Of a stretch of DNA of 64,000 nucleotides, positions 24,394 through 37,601 are shown in pieces; within the stretch, counting starts at the first letter, position 1; every line of letters starts with the position of its first letter. A program made the translations under genes and the position numbers. The notes under the pieces were generated by a model that saw only the letters and a list, made by a program, of their open reading frames with translations, had not been told where the DNA came from and ran no database searches. The stretch spans positions 620,001 through 684,000 of the forward strand of contig JBBPEE010000035.1 in assembly GCA_039096935.1 (NCBI GenBank), given 5' to 3'. The stretch comes from Blastocystis sp. ATCC 50177/Nand II. Taxonomy: Eukaryota.

Positions 24394-26928
24394 TCAAATC
24401 TTCTTCTTGTTCTTCTCCTTCTTGTTCTTCTTTTCCTTGATTTCCTTCATTCGCTGCTTGATCGCCTCCAAGCGCTCCTTCATGATGCGGAGGTTGTCCG
24501 TGTTCCACTTTAGATACTGCGCGTCCTCCTCCTTCACCCGCATCCGCTTGTTGCTGTTGGCAGCCTTGGCTTCCTTCTCTTCGCGCGAGCAGCACACCCT
24601 CTTGCGAGTCACCGTCTTCACCTTCGGCGTGGAAACGTGTTTCGCCTCCTCAGAAGAGGGCACGGGCGTGGAGGGGATAGATAACGAGGGAGAAGGCGTG
24701 GTGAGGGGAAGAGGGGACAATGCCGTCTTCTGTGTCGCTTTCTTCACGGAGGTGAAGTTGTCGATGACCTCTGTCCACGAAATGCTACCCGTCACAACAA
24801 TCCGTCCTCCTTCACGGTAATGAGTGAATGTGCAGATCGCCCTCGCAGTAGGGGAGCGGACGCGATAGTCGCAGCCCTAGCCCGTAACAAACACAACAGC
24901 ACACGTACGGGTGGAGTCCTCCACGGTCTTCTCCTTGTGGTGATTCTTCTTCATCACCGGCTTCGCTTCGCGCGGCGTTTTGGAGGCGGAGAGCGTGGTT
25001 GCTACTGCGTCATGGAAGGAACCGACGACTACGTAGCGATACGCCATATCGAGATAAAAGACTCCTCCAAAGAAACTCTTCTCTCTTCTGCAATTCCTCC
25101 TTCTGCTTCTGGTTTGTGTTCCACTCGTGGATTGTGTTCCAAATGTCTCCCCGCGTCACCAGATGCAGCTGCTTCTCGTTCAGCGAGTAGTGAATGACCT
25201 GAGACCCGCGGTTCCGGTTCAACCGCGTCTTCAACGCCAGCGTGGACGGCGTGTTCCAGAAATAGAGCCGATTTATGACATACACAAAGCTACGCATCAC
25301 ACCGCCTCGGCAGGCCCACAGCAGATTCTGGCTGTTGGCGTCCAGCTTGTCCAGCTGCTGGAAGGACAGTGCGGGACTCTGCAGCAGTCGGACCAACGTC
25401 TCGGGCAGCTCCACCATCTCGTTCTACGCCTCACCGTCATATCCAACACACACTCGGTCGGGCAGGAAGCTGCCGTCGGCGGCCTGCGCGGGTCGGCGCA
25501 TCATGTCGGCGAGCGCGCCCTCGTACTGCACGGAGAACTCGCTGGCGTGCGTCCACTCGGTGGCCTTCTTGCCCGCCCACTGCAGCAGCAGCGTCTTGGT
25601 GGCGTGGGGCAGCCAGGCGGTGTCCGTGGCGCCGTTCCACGCGCGGTAGGCAGGGTCGCGAGGCGTGGGCTTGGCGTCGATGCTCGGACTGGGGGTCAGG
25701 CCGTGGTTGGCGTCGGGGAAGAGGAAGGAGGGGTAGGGGGCGGCGGTGGGCGCCTGCTGTTGGAGTCGAAAAACTTGGGGTGATGGGGGCGAGGCGGTGG
25801 GTGAGGCAGAGGGCACGAGAATGCCGAGATAGATGAGGAGATGACAAAGAGGCGGCAGCGCGTAGCGGATCTGCGTGTGAAGAGAGGGAGGAAGTGAGAC
25901 GATGCTCATGGAGACGCCGAGGAAGCTGAAGGAGCGGAGGAGGTACTGCTGGGAGCAGTAGATGAGCTCGCTCTCGGTGTGGTAGCCCATGTTGGCGATG
26001 GTGATGACCGCCTCGACCAGGCGGCAGTAGACGGGCGGCGAGGACACCACGGAGAGAGAGGAGAGCTGGGAGTGAGAGGAGGAGGGAGTGACCACGATGG
26101 AAGAGAGAGGGATGGCGTGATTGGGAGTGGGAGACATCGTGGGATCGCCTTCCAGTTTGACGTCGATAGACTATGGAGTGAGCGAATGGGAGCAGGAATA
26201 CGGCGGAGTTGGGGTAGGGCTGGTAGGAGAAGGATTGCAGCGCGTCCATCCTCGAGGATACGGAGGCGTCGGAGGTGGTGGGACTCGGGATATACTTTGG
26301 ACTGTAGGAGGCGTTCATCGCGGGTTGTGAGTAGGGATTGGGTTTTGAAACGGGCTCCGTTTTCACGGAAGGCATCCTGGACATGGGGAGGGAAGAAAGG
26401 GAATCGTCCAGGTCGCCCTCAGAGAAAGCGGGAGAGCGAGGGGTTACGGACGCATTGCGGCTTTTGGACTTGGACCGCGCCTTTGTGTGGGAGTGCTTGT
26501 GCGTATCCTTGTTGGGGTTGACGAGGGATTGAACAACGGGCAAAAAGGGAGGACAGGAAATGGAGTCGGAAGAGTGTTGCCGCTGGATGATTTCGTCTTG
26601 AACCGCGGTCAGCAGACGCTTCAGGGAGTCATACTCCTTGGCTAACTACAAGAGGGTTAGAATATGATCGATCGGAACTCAAGGCACTGCTTACTTGATT
26701 TCTTTCCACGCTATCGACCCAAGCGATAGGATCCTTGCAGCCAAAGATACCCTCTTGGCTCCGCTCCTTGGCGTTTCTATTCGGCATATTGTTTCTGGAG
26801 AGAGGCTCCGTCGGACAAGACACCAAGGAATGACAGGAATCGTTTCGATTCAAAAACGACGGATAAAAGCAGGAGGGAATACCGGAATCGGTACGACCGG
26901 AGGGAAAAGCGATGTCCCGATTATGCAT
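24394..26928 (-). CDS. Unknown multi-exon protein (Ser/Pro-rich N-terminus, Lys-rich basic coiled-coil C-terminus)
   Basis: Series of minus-strand ORFs (24394, 25010, 25424, 25437, 26629) separated by typical short introns. No family recognised; could be two genes. Confidence 0.5.
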
Positions 26929-26990
26929 TGACAAAGAATCCTCGATTTTGGTGTTCCTTACGAAGTTCACAAGGAGAATCTATTTCAGCG

Positions 26991-27686
26991 ATGGGAAAGC
27001 GGGGAAAGTCGGAGTGGGACGAGGCCATGATATCGACGGGGTATCGGGCGAGTAGCAAGAAGGGAAAGAAGTGGGAGTCTCGGTTGCGAGGCGCGTCGAA
27101 GAACAACAACGTGTTGGATAGCATAACAAGGGAGCAGGTTTGCGTTTTGCTTTTGGGAATGAGATGTAGATTCTGAACGAGAGACTGGAGGCGTTGGAGC
27201 GTGACAATTATGATGAAGAGGAGTGTGTAAATGAAGCCGATTTGTATGATGTGGATGATGATGTTGCCGTATGAATTGTTGCTTATCTGTAGGACCTGAC
27301 AGTGAAATCAAAGAGAAGAAAGGAGGCGGTAAAGCCTGCATATCTGTAGTCATTTCCAAATGAGCCTTAAGGGATAGAAGCAAACTCCCGGTGTTCAAAT
27401 TCGCAAAGGTGGTGTATCAGGACGTTGGACTAGGATAAGCAATTGATGAATAGAAGAACTTGAAGGAGGCAAGTGGTCTTCCCAACTACGTGAGTGTGGC
27501 GAGCAAGCCTAGCAAGTACCCAGCAAGGCGGTTTTGCTCCATTTGTGGATATCCTTTTCCTGCTCGCCGAGATTTCCCTAATGGTTAGGAGTCGGGCATG
27601 TTATAAGTGTAAGGCATGCGGATCTCTCTATTGCAGCTATTCGTGCAAGAAAAGCCACGAGGAAACGAAGTGTATCAATATGAACT
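26991..27686 (+). CDS. ZNHIT1: ZNHIT1/Swc6/Vps71 zinc-finger HIT protein (SWR1/SRCAP subunit)
   Basis: 'RLEALERDNY', 'PNYVSVASKPSKYPARRFCSICG-SRACYKCKACGSLYCSYSCKKSHEETKC'. Stop predicted from poly(A) at T27686. Confidence 0.88.
27549..27588 (+). other. U12-type AT-AG intron (40 nt) in ZNHIT1
   Basis: 5' ATATCCTTT, branch-like TTCCCTAAT, 3' TAG. Removal restores the zf-HIT spacing CxxCG-x4-YxC. Confidence 0.8.
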
Positions 27687-27690
27687 ATCC

Positions 27691-27698
27691 TGTTTGTT
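27691..27698 (+). terminator. TGTTTGTT polyadenylation motif (ZNHIT1)
   Basis: AAC T ATCC TGTTTGTT. Confidence 0.85.
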
Positions 27699-27772
27699 GG
27701 ATTCGCATTCGCACGTCTTCACAACTCCCTTCTTCTGGTATTCTTTCTGTTGTTATGATTGATGGATAGAGC

Positions 27773-28866
27773 ATGGCTGCTGCAAAACGAGCCTTCTGCA
27801 TTGGTTTCACGGGACAAGGTTCTCAATGGGTCGGAATGGGAAAGACCCTGCTATCGCAATTTCCCAAAGCAAAGGAACTGATGGAGGAAGCGAATGCGGT
27901 AATGGGCTACTCGCTGTCGGATATTATGTTTTCAGGACCAGAGGTATTGCCTTTGTAGATGACTGATGGGTTAGTCAGCCCTCCGGAACACAGTGAATTG
28001 TCAAGTCGGAATTCTCACCTATTCTGCTATGCTTCTAGAAGCACTACGGAGTAGAAACAGTATTGAAGAGGCTCCGTGGAGAAACCCTGTGGCGTATTGT
28101 GGTCATTCCGTTGGTGAGTTTGTTGCGCTGTACGCGTCAAACGTGGTGTCCTTCCATGATTGTGCTGTTCTATTGGTAGGAAAGAGAAAGGAGGAGTGAT
28201 GTGTAGAAGGAGAGGGCGGAGTGTATCATTCGGGGTTGTGATGGAATTGACGGAGGCATGAGTGCCGTGCTCTTCTGTCCCTTGCCGACGCTCCAACGTG
28301 TTGTGGATTCCATTCAAAAGGAAGGCGGGCTGTGCGAGATTACCAATATCAACTCCCCGATCCAGACGGTGGTGAGCGGGGACAAGCCGTCTCTGAAGGA
28401 GTTGTCCTCCCGACTGCGACAGGAGGGGAGGCGGATCGCCGTGAAGCCGTTGAATGTGGCCTACCCTTTTCACGCATCGATTCTCCTCAACGAATCGAAG
28501 GCCTTCGACGCGTTTGTGCAGGAGGGTGTTCGTAGCGGTCGCATCTCCATCGCCGATCCTGCCGTTCCTGTGATTTCCAACGTGGATGGAGCCATTGTAG
28601 TGCACTCCACATACTGTGAACTCTAGATGAGAACGAAGGAAGAGGTGATAGCGCGTATGGGGAAGCAAATGGCGCTTCCCGTGCAATGGCAGCGTTGCAT
28701 GCAGCAGGCGCAGACAATGGGCTGTACCGACTTCCTCGAAATCGGTCCGAAGCCCGTGCTAAAGTCCCTGGTGAGATCGATAGCAAAGGGCATGACGGCG
28801 TCGTATGGATTTCGGTGATGTTTTCCCCGTAGTGCAATATGCGAATTGAGCGGCGGCGAGGAATAG
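27773..28866 (+). CDS. fabD: Malonyl-CoA:ACP transacylase (FabD/MCAT)
   Basis: 'FTGQGSQWVGMG', catalytic 'GHSVGE', 'LNVAYPFH', 'PVISNV', 'PVQW', 'FLEIGPKPVL'. Confidence 0.9.
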
Positions 28867-30223
28867 CAGTAGTTGAGGGGTGTTTGTTGAATACGCCTTC
28901 TGATTGGACGCACCAAATCGTGGTACGTTGTCCCATCTATGGCGACAGGGCCCAAAAAAACGCCCTGCCCGTCCTTTCAAATATGGGTGGTAGACTATGC
29001 CCGCCGCAGGCGAAAAATTGGATTTGTTATACATAACAAAAGTACCCGCAGAATGAAAACTAGCCCAAATACGAGCTATAGAGCTGTTAGCTTTGAATCG
29101 CATTAAGGGCAATGCTGAGTCACTTCTAAACTAGTGATTATTTGAATCACATTTCTAATGCGCATCCATAATGTGACTTGATTGCCTTGAAATAGATGAT
29201 TGCTCAATTCACTTGTGTGAAGAACATGATAATCGAGTATACTCATCGTACGAACTCCCTTTGGTGGTGAAGAAATCATGCGTGGTGAATGTTGGCAAGG
29301 AAAAGGTCTCCATGAATCCTTTTCTCCGCTACTATGTAAGAGAAGTGCACTATGCAATGGGGAATGGGAAGCAGGAGAAGAAAAGTATCAACTCCATTGT
29401 GTTCAAACAAGATAGCTTTTGCATTTGTTAATCAATCGACATCTGTATAGATAGATGCGTGTATCGCGAGAATAGATATATACTCCTTTAAACCAAAACT
29501 AACAGAAGTTAGATACTACGAAACTAAGGAGAGCATGTGAATCATGAATACAATGTATATATGAGACATTGAAGAGACAAACAAAGATGAATAGTGACCT
29601 AACATATGGAAGCACATAGGGATTCCTGCATAGAAAGCAATTCAGGTAAAATACACATGCCAGAGTATGACTACCCCATCAGTAGCACAGGAACACATAG
29701 TATGTGCAAACGAACCTATCTATCATGAGCAAGAGGCATTGCTAAGTCGTTATCAAAAAGTGAAAATGAAAATAGTCCCTATTCCAGGAATCGCCTAAAG
29801 CAGGGCCTATTTTGCGAATTCGTTTTTCGCCATTTTCTCATTAACCATTTGTATTTGGGTGGAATAGCATATACTATATTATTACAAACAATGAGAGGAT
29901 TCATATTATCACATCTAGCAATGCCCAATCCGCGTGGTTGTCAATTCAGCATTAGGGCCCACTTTCCAATCAAGCACCACTGAACACTTGTTGGTCAAAA
30001 TCTCGATCAATACGAAGTATTTGCACAAGTGAACTACTTCATGTGAAAGAGGACTCTGAGATCTATCGATTGCCACCCTTTCCACATTCATACCGTGCCT
30101 GGTTACAGAAATAACCGCGATTTTAGGTGGGAGTTTCGCCCACAATGCCGGTGGATTTGAAACTGTCGCCATAGTCCCATCTGCTCATCTTCGTGCGTTT
30201 TGGTGTAGAGAAGCATTGCCAAT

Positions 30224-32638
30224 ATGTTCGACATGTTCAAACGATCGAAAAACGCTGACAGCCAGGCGAGGCTGGGAATGAATGAAAAGAGCAAGGTGGG
30301 AACGGAGTTGAATTCATGAGGGTGTAGAAGAGAGAGGAGACATGGTCTTTGCGGTATCCGGAGACAAAATACGACAAGTACATCAAAGAGCATCGCTCGA
30401 TCAGTGAGAGCAAGAGAGGCAACGCATGGTTTGAGCTGAGCGGAGGCAGAGAAATGCGGGACGAATGCGGGAAGGATTACTACAAAGGCGTTGTCGCATT
30501 GTCGCAGAAGGACACCACGAGTCGCGACGCGATTCAAATCGAGAAGGACTTGGCGAGGTATCCTAGATTGTCGTGGTATCATGTAGAACGGTCATCAAGG
30601 GACGGACAAACCTGACCGAAATGGAAACAAATAATCTGCGCGAGGTGCTGAAAGCGGTGTCCTACGAACTGCGCTGTAGGCATGTGGATATCGTGTTAGC
30701 GTAGTGGAGGGTGGATATTGCCAGTCGATGAACTTCATCGCGGCGCTCCTCCTGTGCCACATGGAGAATGAGCTGGCCTTCTACACGCAGGTGTGCATCA
30801 ACCGGCTGCTCTTCTCGAACTACTTCACCGATGAGCTCGTTGTTGCCATAACGACGAGTTACGACTAGTTTGGAATGCGCGTGGACGAGAAGATCTTCTC
30901 CTTCATCCTCACGGAGAAGCTGCCCGAGCTGGCCGACCACTTCGACATCTGCGACATCTCGCTCACCCACCTGACCTTCCACTGGTTCCTCTGCCTCTTC
31001 ATCAACGTGCTGCCCATCGAGGTGACGGAGTACATCTGGTGCCTCTTCTCCTCTTCGCTCACCCGCAGGGACCGCGTGTTCTACTTCGGCTCGCACGTCA
31101 TCCACGCCGCGGCCCTGCAGATCCTGAAGAACAACCAAAAGCTGCTGCTGAAGAAGGACGACCTGGAGGACATCGTCGTCTTCCTGACGGGCAGGTCCGT
31201 AGGAGGCGCGTGAGGCGTAGAGCGGCTGAACGAGGCGACGATTGCGGACTTCAAGGGCATGGAGACGCTGGGCATCTCACTGTCGCGGATTCGCATTCTG
31301 CGCGTGGACTACGCGGCGGAGGTGAAGTGCGAGAGAGGCGTGTGGGTGAGGCGTAGGAAGGAGGAGGACGAGCTGAAGAAGCAAGTGAAACACACGCAGG
31401 AGCTGGAGAAGCAGTCGAGTCTGCGCATGTCGGTGCGCAGCCTGAGAACGGTGCGGGTGTGCGTCGGACCTGATCGGTAGAGCGAGGAGGCGGAGAAGGC
31501 GGAGTACGAGCTGACGCTGGAGGTGGTGGAGAAGATGAAGGGTGTGATCGTGAACTACGTGATCCAGCACTGCGCGTCGTCGCGCGGCGTGGCCGTGGCC
31601 AAGTGCACCAGTCGGATGATCCGCGACTACTGTGAGGCGGGCTTCTCGGAGGAGGAGTTCTTGTCGGTACAGGCATATGGCCGTGGTGACGTGCAGTTGT
31701 GGAACGTGGTGAAGCGCGCGGGCATCCTGCCGCCGAACAGCGAGACGCTGTGCACGGAGCTGTTCAACGAGTACAAGATGAAGAGCAAGGGCGAGGTGAT
31801 CGTGGACATCCGCCGGCTGCTGACGGGGCTAATGCCGTGCGTGAGCGGCAAGGTGTCTATTCCGGCGCGCCTGCAGTACTACTTCTCGGTGTACGACATG
31901 AAGAACGAGGGCGTGATCCTGCGCTCCGCCTTCACCGACTTCATCACGGCGGTGTACGTGAACTGCGACGAGGTGGTGGACCCGCAGCGCGCGGCCGACA
32001 AGTACGTGAAGATCGTGTTCGCGGTGAACACGCAGTCGCCGGACGTGATCACGTTCCAGGAGTTCCGCAGTCTGGTGCTGATCCAGCCGCAGATCCTCTC
32101 CTACCTGGAGCTCATCGACCTCTCCGACGAGGAGGTGGAGTAAGACAACAAGCACGGCGTTAGGCGTAGGAGCATCTCGCCGCCGTCGCTGGACGCGGAG
32201 AGCGAGGAGCTGCGCCCCAACTCCGCCATCATCGACCTGCGCGAGCTGCACCCGCTTCTGGCGCAGCACCCCTTCGTGGTGCAGGCGACGCGCCTGCCGG
32301 TCAGCCAGCAGTCCGCGCTGAAGGCGTTCCTGCAGGACATGGACTGCATCGTGCGCGAGCGCGACGAGCTGAAGAAGGAGCTGACGAGTGGGCGTGGGGA
32401 GTGGGCGTGACGCGCAGGCAGCAATTCGCGCTCGTCGTACCGCGATTCCCTGCAGAAGTCGATCCGCCTGTCGTCCAACCGCCTGCTGGGAACGAGCAAG
32501 CAGAAGTCGATCATGGGCTCTCGCTCGCCGATGGAGCGGATCTTGGAGGAGGACGAGGGCTCCTCGGCCGCGCCGCCGATGAAGGTGATGACGCGGAGCG
32601 ATGCGGGTATCACGGTGCGCAGACGGATCGAGCTGTAA
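30224..32638 (+). CDS. TBC-domain Rab-GAP with C-terminal EF-hand-like region and coiled coil
   Basis: 'QIEKDLART', 'GYCQSMNFIAALLL', 'TFHWFLCLFINVLP', EF-hand-like 'YYFSVYDMKNEGVI'. Confidence 0.85.
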
Positions 32639-32847
32639 CTTTTTCCAGAGTGGTGTTGTTTGTTGGTGTTGTGACTCTTCCAAAGTGATGCTAGTTAAGC
32701 CGTGGCATGTTTGCCATAGTGATGCCACTTGAGTTCGCAATATGCGGTGGGAGAAGCGAGTTTGGCAATTTGGGGGCATAAGAGCCCATGACCCGATATG
32801 AATCCCTTTTCTTCGATTTGGTTTTGGAGGACAATTCGCGATTCAAA

Positions 32848-35800
32848 ATGGATGAAAACAAATTCTCCAAGCCGCTTCCGTTCAACGAGGGAGACCGGTA
32901 GAGAAAGGCGAGGAGAAGTTGATGTGCTAGTGCGGCTATTGCGAGCCATCGCGAGAGTGTGCGCCGCGTGAATGCAATTCCCTCGAAGGTGGTGTGAGTG
33001 ATTTCCCGCCGTTCCTGACGTGCAGAATCATCAACAACGCGGAAGCAAACGAAGCGCAGCACTTTGCGTCAAATCGAGTGACCACCTCAAAGTATACGTG
33101 GTGGAACTTCCTGTTCATCTTTCTCTACGAAAACCTCAATCCCTTTAACAAGTTTGCAAACTTTTACTTTGTATGTGTCGCCATCTGCGAGGTACGTTCG
33201 TTTCCGGTCTCCAATCGTAGTGCATTCCTGCCATTTCCATCACAAATGGCAAGCCCGAGTCCCTATCGTCACTCGCCTTCGTGCTTCTCGTAGAGGCGAT
33301 CACCTCCAGTTGTATCGTCGCTTGTTCGTGACTCCTAGTCCGCGACGATTGGAATCGTCACAGAGCGGACGCGCAGGCGAACAGCCAGAAGTTCGGCGTG
33401 CTCAACAAAGCAACGAAGCGGTTCGAGGATGTTTCGCAGTGCGACATCCGCGTCGGCGACATTGTGAAGATCAACGAGGGAGACATCTTCCCCGCAGACA
33501 TGATCTTCCTCCACACGGGCGATCCCAAGGCGCCCAAGTCGTGCTGGATCAACACGAAGAGTCTGGACGGAGAGACCGACAACAAATACCGTCAAGCGCT
33601 GAAAGTGGGTGTGCAGGCGTTTGTGTGATGCACAGTGCACGACGGAGGAGCCGCTGACGGAACCGATCGAGGAGAAGCTGAGCAGGCTGCAGGCGACGGC
33701 GTACTGCGAGCTGCCGAACAACATGACGAACGACTTCAACGGCTCGGTGCGGCTGTCCAGCGCGGCTGAGGCGTAGGTGCTGTACCGGAAGGAGAAGGAG
33801 GGCGTGAAGCAGGACGTGGCGGAGGTCGTGTCGATCAAGAACGTGCTGCTGCGTGGGTGCATTCTGAAGAACACGAAGCACGTGTACGGCGCGGTGATTT
33901 CCGCGGGCGAGGACACGAAGGTGGAGTTTGGCGCGGTGAAGCGGAAATGGTGGCAGGTGGGCGTAGGCGCGTGGGAGTGGCGTGAGGCGCAGAACGATGG
34001 AGCGAAGGTGGCGATGCTGACCCAGCGCACGAACAACGTGATTTATTGCCTGATCGTGGCGCTGCTGGTGCTGTGCGTGATCGTACCGATGCTCGTGGAC
34101 TTGAATCGTAGGGGTCGTTGGGGGAGAACGTGGTGTCGAAGATGATCGTGGAGCACTCGTGGTACATTCCCATAACCGCGGATTTCATTCTCGATTTCTG
34201 GGTATCCTTCTTCCGTTTCTTCCTGCTGTGCTATCAGTTCATCCCCGTGTCTCTCTACGTCACGATGAGTTGCATCTACTCCTTCCAAAGTGTGCTCATG
34301 CAAAACGACCTCAAGATGTGTCCATGGCTATCATGTTTCATCGTAGGTACGACGAGGTGAACGACGAGCCAATGCGCGTGCGCAGCTCGACGCTGAACGA
34401 CGACCTGGGGCAGGTGGGCTACATCTTCTCGGACAAGACGGGCACGCTGACGGCGAACCTGATGCAGTTCCGCAAGTGCATCGTGGACGGCGTGGCCTAC
34501 GGCCAGGGCGAGAGCGACATTGGTCGCAGCGTGAAGGCGAAGCAGGGCGTGGAGGTGAAGGTGGAGAGCAAGAGGACAGCGCCGCGCAAGGGCATCTACC
34601 GGTACTGCAACTTCGAGGACGGGAGCGAGACGCACCCGGGCCACACGCTCCAACAGGACCTGCGGCAGGGCGACGACCACGCGGACGTGGGCACGGCGGG
34701 CGTGGCTGAGGCGTAGAAGCTGCTGAACTTTTTGATCAACATGGCGGTGAACCACACGGTGATTCTGGAGGAGAAGGAGGACGGCACCATCGAGCTGAAC
34801 GCGTCGTCGCCGGACGAGCAGGCGTTCGTGTCGGGCGCGTACTGCCTGGGCGTGCAATTCCTGGGCGTGGATTACGAGACGAACATCGTGAAGCTGAACG
34901 TGCTGGGCCGCATGGTGGAGCTGCGCATCCTGCACGTGATTCCGTACGAGTCCTCGCGCAAGCGCATGTCGGTGATCGTGCAGATGCCCGACGGCTCCAT
35001 CTGCGTGTACGTGAAGGTGAGCTTGAGTGTGAGCGCTGAAGCATAGGGCGCGGACAGCATCATGCTGGAGCTGCAGGACCCCGACTGCAACGAGCAGCGG
35101 CAGGTGGAGCAGATCGCCTGCCAGGTGGGCGACTGGGCGGAGGAGGCGTTCCGCACAATGGTGTTCGGATACAAGGAGCTGACGCTGGAGGCCTTCTCGC
35201 AGTGGATGAGTGAGTACGAGGCGGTGGTGGAGGACCCGGCGCAGAAGGAGCTGCGCAAGAAGAAGCAGCCGAACCGCATCGACGAGCTGCAGTTCCAGAT
35301 GGAAAGCGGGCTGGTGCTGCAAGGCGCGTCGGCCATCGAGGACGGGCTGCAGGAGGGCGTGCCGGAGGCGCTGGCGCAGCTGTCGGACGCGGGCATCCAC
35401 GTGTGGATGATTACGGGCGACAAGGTGGGCACGGCGAAGAACATCGCTGTGGCGTGCAACCTGCTGAAGCTGCCGGAGATGAAGCTGATCGAGTTCACGA
35501 AGGAGGCGATCGACGAGAACCTGCTGTCGAAGGGCGGTCGCACGGAGGACCTGACGGAGCGCATCTCGCCGTAGGGGCCTGGAGGGCATGTGAGCGTAGC
35601 TCGGCGATCCAGGACATCGAGTGGCGCATGATGGAGGCGGAGAAGGAGGGAGACTTGGAGAAGGCGAACCGCATTCTGGGCGAGTTCGAGGCGCAGCATC
35701 CGGGTCTGCTGGCCGCGCGCATGCACTGTGAGGTGGGTTGTTGAGGTGGTGCGTGAGGCGCAGGCATTGGCAGCCAACATCGTGAACTGCGAGTCGGAGA

Positions 35801-37577
35801 TGAAGTCGAAGCCAATGGCGCTGGTGCTGGACGAGCTGTTCATCGACTTCCTCGCGCTCTCCTGTCGCAAGGCCGTTTCGTCCCTGAGTCATCTTTGACG
35901 CATAGTTCCTGGTGGTGGCGCAGTCCTGCAAGGCGGTGATTGCGTGCCGCGCGCGCAAGGACCAGAAGGCGAAGCTGACGCGTCTGGTGCGCGAGGGCAA
36001 CCGCGAGGTGGTGACGCTGGGCGTGGGCGACGGCGCGAACGACGTAGAGATGATCCGCGCGGCGCACATCGGCGTGGGCATCATCGGCAAGGAGGGCACC
36101 CAGGCGGTGAACAACGCGGACTACGCGATCAGTCAGTTCCGCTACTTGACGCGGCTGATCCTGGTGTACGGGCACCACGAGTACCGCGGCATCACGCTGG
36201 CGGCACTGCTGATCTTCTACAAGAACATTCTCTTCACGCTCATCCAGTACCTATACACGTTCGTGTGCGGGCTGTCGGGCACGCGCAACCAATCCTACAC
36301 CGCCATCTTCTGGTATAACACGGCGCTCACCGCCTTCGGCCCGCTGTTGCTCGCCGTGTTCGACAAGGACGTGACGGACGCCAACTGCTACAAGTTCCCC
36401 CAGCTGCACCGGCAGGGCATCGAGCACCGGCTCTTCTCCGTGAAGCGCTTCCTGGTGTACATGGCGAAGGCGGTGTACGAGGCGGTGGCCATCGGGCTGG
36501 TGGTGAACCTGACGATGAGCCGCTGCGACTTCCCCACGGGCACGCTGGACGTGTGGCTGTACGGCACCATCGCCGTCACTATCAACATCTTCGTGGCGAA
36601 CGTGTCCGCCTCCATCGAGCAGTCGCGCATGATGGGCGTCACCGTCTTCTTCTTCTGGGGCACCTTCTTCTTCTGGCTGCTCCTCGTCCTCTTCAACTCC
36701 CTCTCGCTCGATCTCTTCCCCGACTATTTCGGCTCCTTCTCCCTTCTCTTCTCTCGGCCCGTCTTCTATCTCGTCTTCCTTCTAGCCACCGTTCTCTCCA
36801 TCCTTCCCACCATGATGCTCAAAGCGCTTCAGCGCGAGTGGGCGCCCACGCTCTCTCAGTTCATTCAGGACGTGCAGGTGCGTGGCGCCGACGCCGACGC
36901 GGTGGAGGCGGCGCTGGAGGACATGGAGAAGAACCGGTCGCTGGAGCTGGAACTGAAGACGATGAAGAACCGCCCGCACGACGCGCAGGTGCCGGAGCTG
37001 ATGAATGTATCGCCGCAGCTGGTAGAAGATATGGAGAAGGAGCTGGAGCGCACGCGGTCCGTCGTGCTGAACACTGTGTCGCCCAGCACCGACGCGGGTT
37101 CAGAGCCAGGGTCTCTGTCGTTCTTGCGCACGGGCAACACGCAGCGGTCGATCCGGTCACTGGCGGGCATCCGCGCACTGACGATTTGCGACCAGCTGCA
37201 CGGGCCGAGCTACGACTCGCAGTCGGTGAACGGCGAGGCGCAGCAGGAGCTGATCATGAAGATCAACTCGCACTCGTGGCGGTCGATTGCCGCACCGTCG
37301 AAGATGGACCAGCTGAAGAACCAGATTTTGGAGGCGAAGCCGTCGACAATCCTGAAGAAGATGTCGCAGACGTTCAAGAAGACGGACGGCAGTGCGAAGT
37401 CGATGATGGAGGCGCAGAGCAAGAAGGGGCTGAGTGTGGTGAAGGAGATGGAGGAAGAGGAGGAGGTGGCGAAGAAGGAAGAAGCGAAGAAGGAGGAAGC
37501 GAAGGAGGAGGAGGCGGTGGACGAGTTCCCCGACGAGATTTGTTTAGACCCCCTGACGGAGAAGACAGATGTGGAAT
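32848..37577 (+). CDS. P4-type ATPase (phospholipid flippase)
   Basis: '[14 protein letters not shown]', 'LDGETD', 'IPVSLYVT', '[13 protein letters not shown]', 'ASSPDE', 'WMITGDK', 'GDGANDV', 'FYKN'. Stop predicted from poly(A) at T37577. Confidence 0.95.
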
Positions 37578-37581
37578 GGCG

Positions 37582-37589
37582 TGTTTGTT
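37582..37589 (+). terminator. TGTTTGTT polyadenylation motif (P4-ATPase)
   Basis: GAA T GGCG TGTTTGTT. Confidence 0.85.
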
Positions 37590-37601
37590 CAACAAAGCCT
37601 T

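Noticed and set aside
10781..28866. Bacterial-like pyrC and fabD as possible lateral transfers or an operon
   Set aside because: Both have spliceosomal introns and ordinary eukaryotic homologues; origin cannot be judged without phylogeny.
30558..30586. GTATCCTAG intron in the TBC gene as a possible U12 intron
   Set aside because: It is 29 nt (major-class size) with no TCCTTAAC-like branch site; left unclassified.
34202..34210. GTATCCTTC U12-like donor in the P4-ATPase
   Set aside because: Lies in continuous coding sequence ([11 protein letters not shown]) needed before IPVSLYVT; no branch site follows.
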